Below, in pieces: positions 8,246 to 13,483 of a DNA stretch of 13,483 bases (position 1 is the first letter of the stretch; every line of letters begins with the position of its first letter). This stretch comes from Myxococcota bacterium (GTDB taxonomy: Bacteria; Myxococcota_A; UBA796; GCA-2862545), in NCBI GenBank assembly GCA_039208735.1, contig JBCCQY010000206.1, forward strand, positions 1 through 13,483. Reading direction: 5' to 3'. The position numbers were made by a program, and so were the translations under genes. The notes beneath the pieces were generated by a model that was not told where the DNA came from, did no database searches, and was given only the letters and a program-made list of their open reading frames with translations.

Positions 8246-9420
8246 TGCGCAAGGTCACTATCGACGCTGTGACGGAATTGCCTCCCAGCTCGCTGACCCC
8301 TGCATCGCTAGCTCGAGACATCGATCTACGCGCGGTCACACCAGTCTACCTAGGCTCTGCCCGCCCAGCAGGAATCGACAAGGATTATCCCTTTCGGGGC
8401 CCATCCCTGCGGGGAAACCTACGCACTTGGTGGCGCGCGGTGCACCCGACGCAGGACCTGAGCGAGCTGCGCAACGCCGAGCGTGCGCTGTTCGGCGGGA
8501 TTCACGACGAACAGGGCCAAGGCGCTCCACGTGCGAGCCGGGTCTCACTGGGACTTGCACGCATGTCCTCCAGAGTGAGCACCCGAAAGCAGCTCAACGA
8601 GCACCTCGATACCGACCTTCCCTACGCTCTATGGGTGGATAGAGCAGGAACCGAGACACGGTACCATCTGCAAGCCCGTGCCAGGCTGCAGCTCACGCTC
8701 CGCCCACGCGCTGAGGACGAGTTGCCGGCCGACGCGGCGCCTCTTCTCGAACGTGCCTTGAAGGCGATGGTACTCCTCGGGGGCGCAGGTAGCCGTACTC
8801 GCCGAGGCCTGGGACGACTATGGTCCGACGAGCTCCTAGGACCCACGGTCGCCAACGCAGAATCCCTAGCGGAAATGCTCTCGGAGCTCGCGCCCACGAG
8901 TGCCCCTCGCGGTTGGCCTTCCTTAGCGGGGATGACCGTTGCATGGAAGTCTGGCTCGACCTACGGCAACGCCGCGCTCGCGGCTCAGGCCGCCCTGGAG
9001 GTTCTCCAGCTGCTGCGCGGAATGCGGCCCGATGGCGATCGCTTCGACGGGAGTGAGCGGCTCGAGGAGGCCGAACAAGACTGGTTTCACATCAATCACG
9101 GGATGCCCCTGCACCAAGCATTTGCCGCGGCCCTCGGTATGCCCTTGGCCTATCGCAAACCAGGAGTTCTCGTTGCGAGAGTCGTTCCACACGGCCACGA
9201 GACGGATCGTCTCCCAAGCCCCCTGCACGTGCGCCCCGTTCCGACACCAAATGGCTGGGCCGCCGTAATCCTCTGCCTTCAGCCCTGGTACACTGGCGCG
9301 ATCTCCTCATCGCACCGACCGCATGAGAAAGGGAGCCTCAATCCTTGCGCGGTCAACATCATGGTCGCGGGGCTTGCCCGTGAGGGCTGGCTGACCGTGC
9401 CGGTGGTGGGTGCGATGTGA
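8242..9420 (+). CDS. cmr1: Type III-B Cmr1 (RAMP)
   Basis: LRAVTPVYLG, FRGPSLRGNLRTWWRA, ERALFGG, LLGGAGSRTRRGLG, ALGMP, DRLPSPL. ATGA overlap with cmr5a; the ORF track start at 8182 is too early. Confidence 0.92.
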   Translation: MMRKVTIDAVTELPPSSLTPASLARDIDLRAVTPVYLGSARPAGIDKDYPFRGPSLRGNLRTWWRAVHPTQDLSELRNAERALFGGIHDEQGQGAPRASRVSLGLARMSSRVSTRKQLNEHLDTDLPYALWVDRAGTETRYHLQARARLQLTLRPRAEDELPADAAPLLERALKAMVLLGGAGSRTRRGLGRLWSDELLGPTVANAESLAEMLSELAPTSAPRGWPSLAGMTVAWKSGSTYGNAALAAQAALEVLQLLRGMRPDGDRFDGSERLEEAEQDWFHINHGMPLHQAFAAALGMPLAYRKPGVLVARVVPHGHETDRLPSPLHVRPVPTPNGWAAVILCLQPWYTGAISSSHRPHEKGSLNPCAVNIMVAGLAREGWLTVPVVGAM

Positions 9421-10232
9421 CCCTGAAGATCCTCCAGGCAGTGACCAGTCTTCGGGTCGGGGATGGTACGGCCGTTGGCGCAGTCGACCTACCGCTGGCC
9501 CGAGAGCGACACACTCGATGGCCGTTCGTGCCCGGTAGCTCCTTGCGAGGAGCCTTGCGGGGTCGAGCCACTGCCCTCGGTCATGGTGTCGATGAGGTCG
9601 AGGCGGTGTTCGGGAGCACCCCGCCCGAACCCGGTGTCGTGGGAGACGACCTACGCATGGGCACCCTCCGGGTGGGCCAAGCTACGCTGCTGGCACTCCC
9701 CGTGCGCTCCTTGACCCGCACGTTTCTGTTGCTCACCTGTCCCACCGCCCTCGCTCGATTGCGTCGCGCCGCGGGCTTTGAGCTCGAGGTGCCCAATCCG
9801 GATGTTCACCAAGTTTGCGGGGCTAATGACCGCCCGAACCATCTCGAGGAAGCGGGCATCGTTTACGTCGAGGATCTCGACCTTGAGGCCGTTCACGACC
9901 CCACGGTCGCCGCATGGGCACAGAGGCTCCGGGCCCACGGAGGCGACGAGCTGGCGGTCGAACGACTGGTCGTGGTGCACGATGATGTGTTTGCCCATGC
10001 GTGCACCGCATGGACCGAGCTGCGAACGCGGAACCGAATTGAGCCCAGCACCGGGGTCGTGCGAAAAGGCCAGCTGTTCGATGTCGAGTTCCTGCCTAGT
10101 GAAACGCTGATGTGGGTGCCACTAGAGGGCTCCGGCGCCGATTTGCTGCCCGCTAATGGGGAGACCTTCGGGCTCGGTGGTCACCAGTCGGTAGGTGCTG
10201 GGCGTGTTGTCTGGTCAGGAGGTCCATCGTGA
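9417..10232 (+). CDS. cmr4: Second Cmr4 paralogue (copy b), divergent
   Basis: AVTSLRVGDG...VDLPLARERHTRWPFVPGSSLRGALR, LLALPVRS, LLTCP, VVHDDVF, RNRIEPSTGVVRKGQLFDVEFLPSET, LGGHQSVGAG. GTGA overlap with cmr1. Confidence 0.92.
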   Translation: MTLKILQAVTSLRVGDGTAVGAVDLPLARERHTRWPFVPGSSLRGALRGRATALGHGVDEVEAVFGSTPPEPGVVGDDLRMGTLRVGQATLLALPVRSLTRTFLLLTCPTALARLRRAAGFELEVPNPDVHQVCGANDRPNHLEEAGIVYVEDLDLEAVHDPTVAAWAQRLRAHGGDELAVERLVVVHDDVFAHACTAWTELRTRNRIEPSTGVVRKGQLFDVEFLPSETLMWVPLEGSGADLLPANGETFGLGGHQSVGAGRVVWSGGPS

Positions 10233-10573
10233 GCGTACTCTCGCAGGCCTTCGAGATCCGAAGCCAGGTGGCGAAGCACGAGAAAGCGGATCCGGAGCAA
10301 CTCAAGGAACTCCTTCGGCGACTCCCAGCAGCGGTTCGTCGAATGGGGCTGGTTCGATGCCTGGAGTGGCTGGACGTGGGAAAAAAGAAGTCTGCGACCG
10401 GCAGGATCCTCCAGGCCAAGCTGGCCATCCACCTTGGATTGCCGGTCAACCCACGAGCAGCCGCCAGCCAACTGGAAGAGGGGTCGCGGCTGGAGTTGTT
10501 CCGCTGTCATCGCCAGGCTGTGGCGCTGTTCGATGCCCTCGCTACAGCTCAGCGGGTGGTGGAGAACTCATGA
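10229..10573 (+). CDS. cmr5: Second Cmr5/Cas11 paralogue (copy b), divergent
   Basis: 114 aa. LLRRLPAAVRRMGLVRCLEWL aligns with IALKLPVMVHNEGLLPALHFV of Cmr5a. Follows cmr4b exactly as cmr5a follows cmr4a. GGAGG RBS and 4-nt overlaps at both ends. Confidence 0.75.
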   Translation: MSVLSQAFEIRSQVAKHEKADPEQLKELLRRLPAAVRRMGLVRCLEWLDVGKKKSATGRILQAKLAIHLGLPVNPRAAASQLEEGSRLELFRCHRQAVALFDALATAQRVVENS

Positions 10574-11760
10574 AGCGCGACAGTCTTACTCGCAGGGTTC
10601 GCGGGTTGGCCGACGATACCAGCCGCTCGCCAGTGGCTCACGTGGGATTGGCCTACGAAAAACTGGCTCCTCACCGTTCTGCACTCGATCCAGACGCAAA
10701 GTCTCGATTCGTTCGCCAGCTGGCTGACTTCAGCGAGATGCCGGAAGGCTATTCGACCCTGTTCAACAGGTGGGTCCGACGTACGCTTGACGACCACAAC
10801 GGCCTCTTCGGGCGCCGAACTCGCATTGCCGTGAGTCAGGGGCGGGTCCTTTGCGGGCTCGGTTTACTGACACCCAGCGAGAACGGCCTCGCGATCCACG
10901 CCACTTATGGCGTCCCCTACTTGCCAGGCTCGTCGCTCAAGGGCATTGCCCGCGCCTGGCTTGTCGAGCAAGTCACCACAGGGCCGTGGGCGACGGGCGG
11001 CGCCCTGTTCCGCGAGATTTTTGGTTGGCAGGCTGGAGGGGAAGAGGACCGGGAGCAGGATCCTGGCCTCAGTGGCGCGGTATCCTTCCTCGATGCCCTC
11101 TGGACGCCGCCTGACGAGCACCTAACTCAGCTCCCCAAGCACCCCTGGGCAGCTGAGATCGTCACGCCCCACCACGGGAAGTACTTCGCCGGTCATGGTG
11201 GACCAGACGGAACGGAGAGCCCGGTCCCCAGTACATTCTTGGCCGCTCAGGGCGGATTCCGAGTGGTGATCGAAGGCCCTCAAGAGATGCTCGGCCCGAC
11301 GATGGATGTGCTCGAGCGGGCACTCGCGGAGCGCGGGGTCGGAGCCAAGGGGCGGGCCGGCTACGGACGGTTCGTGTTTCTGGACGAGATGACCGGTGTA
11401 GAACGCGACATCGAGGAGCAACGGCAGGCGGCGGCGCGTCGCGAAACTGCAGAATCTAGGGTGACCGAGGCGAAAGACGTGGTCGAAGCTCTTGAAGAGC
11501 TGGCTCTACTCGTTGGTAAGGACGGCCTGGCCGCCGAACTCCAGGCTTGGCTCACCGGCGACAGTCCCCACAGGCTAATCTCCCACTTCCCAGTGACCCC
11601 TGAAGCAGCGGCGAACGCATGGACGTGGGCCAAAGGCAGACATCTCAAGATCTTGCGGCGAAGAATCAAAAAACGCGTCGCACCTGAGATCATGGCAGCA
11701 ATCGATAAGGTATCTGAAGCCTTGGATTTACGGAAAAAAAGCAGGCGTAGGAAAACTTGA
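10570..11760 (+). CDS. cmr6: Type III-B Cmr6 (RAMP) with about 128-aa C-terminal extension
   Basis: GRVLCGLG...SENGLAIHATYGVPYLPGSSLKGIARAW, GAVSFLDA, EIVTPHHGKYF, ESPVPSTFL, GVGAKGRAGYGRF. ATG at 10570 with GGAG RBS and ATGA overlap; the ORF track start at 10195 is too early. Confidence 0.93.
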   Translation: MKRDSLTRRVRGLADDTSRSPVAHVGLAYEKLAPHRSALDPDAKSRFVRQLADFSEMPEGYSTLFNRWVRRTLDDHNGLFGRRTRIAVSQGRVLCGLGLLTPSENGLAIHATYGVPYLPGSSLKGIARAWLVEQVTTGPWATGGALFREIFGWQAGGEEDREQDPGLSGAVSFLDALWTPPDEHLTQLPKHPWAAEIVTPHHGKYFAGHGGPDGTESPVPSTFLAAQGGFRVVIEGPQEMLGPTMDVLERALAERGVGAKGRAGYGRFVFLDEMTGVERDIEEQRQAAARRETAESRVTEAKDVVEALEELALLVGKDGLAAELQAWLTGDSPHRLISHFPVTPEAAANAWTWAKGRHLKILRRRIKKRVAPEIMAAIDKVSEALDLRKKSRRRKT

Positions 11761-12666
11761 ATGGAGCGTTCGCGGCACTGGATGGAACAGCTGCATGCCA
11801 CGGAACTGGTCGCCACGTACCGTCCGAGGCGGTCTTGGGAGCTGACCTGGAGCCCTGGCGCAACACTGCGCAGTGCGTTGCTGCGTGAGCTGACTCTGGC
11901 CTTGTGTCCGAGAAGGCCGGGGGGTACTTGCACCTGCCCACAGAAGGCTCTCTGCACAATCGAGCAGTGGTGGCGTGGTGGCACGAGCAAGGTGCCGATG
12001 CCCTGGTGGCTCACGGTAGAGCCGGGAGCTGGGTGCCGGGTGGGGCCTGACCAGCCACTGCGCCTCACACTACGTGCGCTTGGACCGATTCCTCAAGCCC
12101 CGGCTCTGGTGGCAGCACTGCAGCGGATGGGGTCGTCTGGCCTCGGGAAGGCTCGCACCCCACACGACCTGGAGCAACTGTGGGTTCGGGGGGCAGGAAC
12201 GCCTCGGGCCGTTGTCCGCGAGGGTAGACGCGTGGGGCAGATGCCAGCGCCCGGCCGTCTCGCCGATCTGGTGAGGTCCCCAACCACTCAGCCAAAACGA
12301 GCCACGATCTACCTACGATCTCCCTTTGCGAGCCAGTCCAGGCCAACCGTCGCATTGTGGTTGTCGAAGGCAACAGGCAGAGTTCGAGGGCTGGCGCGAC
12401 GCCTCGGACAACGGCTGCCCGTGTGGTGGCCAAGACCCGACGACATCGACGGATACGTTCAGGTGAGGTGGCACAAAGCAAGCCGTCGCCCTCGTAGCCA
12501 GCCGGGTCGCCAGAGCTTGTCTGGGTGGCTCGGTCGAATAGTGTTCGAAGGGCCGTGCCTCGAGGACTACACCGAGCTGATTTCAACGGCAGCGTTCTTG
12601 CAGGTGGGACCAGGAGTGACCTACGGATTGGGAAGCGTGGCGGTTCGCTGGGACGAACCCTACTAA
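11761..12666 (+). CDS. cas6: Cas6 pre-crRNA endoribonuclease with N-terminal Cys cluster
   Basis: PGATLRSAL, CPRRPGGTCTCPQKALC, PMPWWL, GLGKAR, IYLRSP, SLSGWLGRIVFEG and the C-terminal glycine loop QVGPGVTYGLG. Located between the Cmr operon and the array. Confidence 0.85.
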   Translation: MERSRHWMEQLHATELVATYRPRRSWELTWSPGATLRSALLRELTLALCPRRPGGTCTCPQKALCTIEQWWRGGTSKVPMPWWLTVEPGAGCRVGPDQPLRLTLRALGPIPQAPALVAALQRMGSSGLGKARTPHDLEQLWVRGAGTPRAVVREGRRVGQMPAPGRLADLVRSPTTQPKRATIYLRSPFASQSRPTVALWLSKATGRVRGLARRLGQRLPVWWPRPDDIDGYVQVRWHKASRRPRSQPGRQSLSGWLGRIVFEGPCLEDYTELISTAAFLQVGPGVTYGLGSVAVRWDEPY

Positions 12667-12693
12667 CACGCATCACACCGGCGTAGGCTTGGC

Positions 12694-12712
12694 GACCAAC
12701 GAGGAGTTGGTC
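12694..12712. terminator. Stem-loop between cas6 and the convergent array; possible terminator or processing/stability hairpin
   Basis: GACCAAC-GAGGA-GTTGGTC forms a perfect 7-bp stem. There is no U-tract, so it is not a classical intrinsic terminator. Confidence 0.3.
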
Positions 12713-12766
12713 CTGAACGAGGGTCGCCGCACCTCGGAACGGTTCAATAGGTTTGGGCCACGTTAT

Positions 12767-12803
12767 CCGCAATGGTGCGGGTGCTCGCGCAGGCCTCGGT
12801 GAC
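12767..12803 (-). repeat. Relic terminal CRISPR repeat
   Basis: CCGCAATGGTGCGGGTGCTCGCGCAGGCCTCGGTGAC. Its last 18 nt match the 12840 degenerate repeat at 17/18, and it sits exactly one 36-nt spacer before it. Confidence 0.65.
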
Positions 12804-12839
12804 GGACACGGCGACTGGGGAACCCTCGCGGTTCCTCGA

Positions 12840-13483
12840 GTTCCAATGCGCTCCATGACGCGCAGGCGTCGGTGACCTCGTCTCGATCGCGTCGGAAGAC
12901 GGCCTCGAGGTTGTTTCAATGCGCTCCATTACGCGCAAGGGTCTGCGACCTCTCGTGGGACTGCCGGTAGTAGTGGCCATCATCTGTTTCAATGCGCTCC
13001 ATTACGCGCAAGGGTCTGCGACATGCCTACAGCTCTCAGCTGTTCGGCCATTGGGTGTGTTTCAATGCGCTCCATCACGCGCAGGGGTCTGCAACGACTG
13101 CAGAAGCAAGCACTGGGCCTGGCCGCCATGCTCGGTTTCAATGCGCTCCATCACGCGCACGGGCCTGCGACTTGCCGAGCGAGGTGGCTCGTGACGTCCG
13201 CCGCCAAGTTTCAATGCGCTCCATTACGCGCATGGGCCTGCGACCGCTCGCCAACTACCTGCGACGCCTCGGATTCTGGTTTCAATGCGCCCCATCACGC
13301 GCATAGGCCTGCAACCCGGAGAATGCGAAGTGCTTCCTTCGGGAAGGCTTCTGTTTCAATGCGCTCCATTACGCGCATAGGCCTGCAACGGCAAAAAAGT
13401 GCTGGACGTCGCACGACATCGACTGGTCGTTTCAATGCGCTCCATCACGCGCACGGGCCTGCGACGGGATGGAACCGCTCAAG
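12840..13483 (-). CRISPR. CRISPR array, 37-nt repeats, truncated by the window end
   Basis: Repeats (+ strand e.g. GTTTCAATGCGCTCCATTACGCGCAAGGGTCTGCGAC) start at 12913, 12986, 13059, 13135, 13208, 13279, 13353 and 13429, plus a degenerate copy at 12840-12876 (6 mismatches to the 12913 copy). Spacers are 36, 36, 36, 39, 36, 34, 37 and 39 nt, with a partial one at 13466-13483. The minus-strand repeat ends ATTGAAAC (8-nt crRNA 5' tag) after a GCGC/GCGC hairpin. Decay at the left end marks the trailer. Confidence 0.97.

Noticed and set aside
10195..10569. 125-aa N-terminal extension of Cmr6 in the ORF track
   Set aside because: Overlaps cmr5b, is low-complexity, and the ATG at 10570 has an RBS and ATGA coupling. 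The same reasoning applies to the early starts at 6924 and 8182.
12691..12728. Alternative pairing GGCGACC/GGTCGCC competing with the 12694-12712 hairpin, as an RNA switch
   Set aside because: 7-bp GC-rich matches are expected by chance here, and nothing else supports a switch.
11361..12919. Long minus-strand ORFs (11361-12068, 12065-12919) and similar antisense ORFs across the operon
   Set aside because: Antisense shadows typical of high-GC coding DNA, with no recognisable motifs.
12919..13306. ORFs with repeated MRSITRKGLR / FQCAPSRA peptides
   Set aside because: Translations of CRISPR repeats; spacer lengths shift the frame, so this is not a repeat protein.
12877..13483. Self-targeting of window genes by spacers
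   Set aside because: No match to the rest of the window was noticed by eye; not exhaustively computed.

Overview
High-GC window carrying a complete type III-B (Cmr) CRISPR-Cas interference locus on the + strand. Gene order: SEFIR/TIR-SAVED effector, HD-less cas10/cmr2 with intact GGDD, cmr3, cmr4a, cmr5a, cmr1, a second divergent cmr4b-cmr5b pair, cmr6 with a long C-terminal extension, and cas6. A convergent CRISPR array follows (37-nt repeats, minus-strand sense ending ATTGAAAC, decayed trailer end next to cas6) and runs off the window. Upstream lie a Hanks-type pseudokinase, whose C-terminus resembles TRADD-N and effector-associated/death-like domains, and an IS66 tnpC remnant. No cas1/cas2, Csm6/Csx1 or recognisable ring nuclease is in the window. 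Most notable: two translationally coupled Cmr4/Cmr5 paralogue pairs (the second Cmr4 has altered conserved residues), a signalling-only Cas10 paired with a SEFIR-SAVED putative NADase, mosaic CRISPR repeats, and in-frame abutting cmr6/cas6. All family calls come from motif recognition by eye; no database searches were run.
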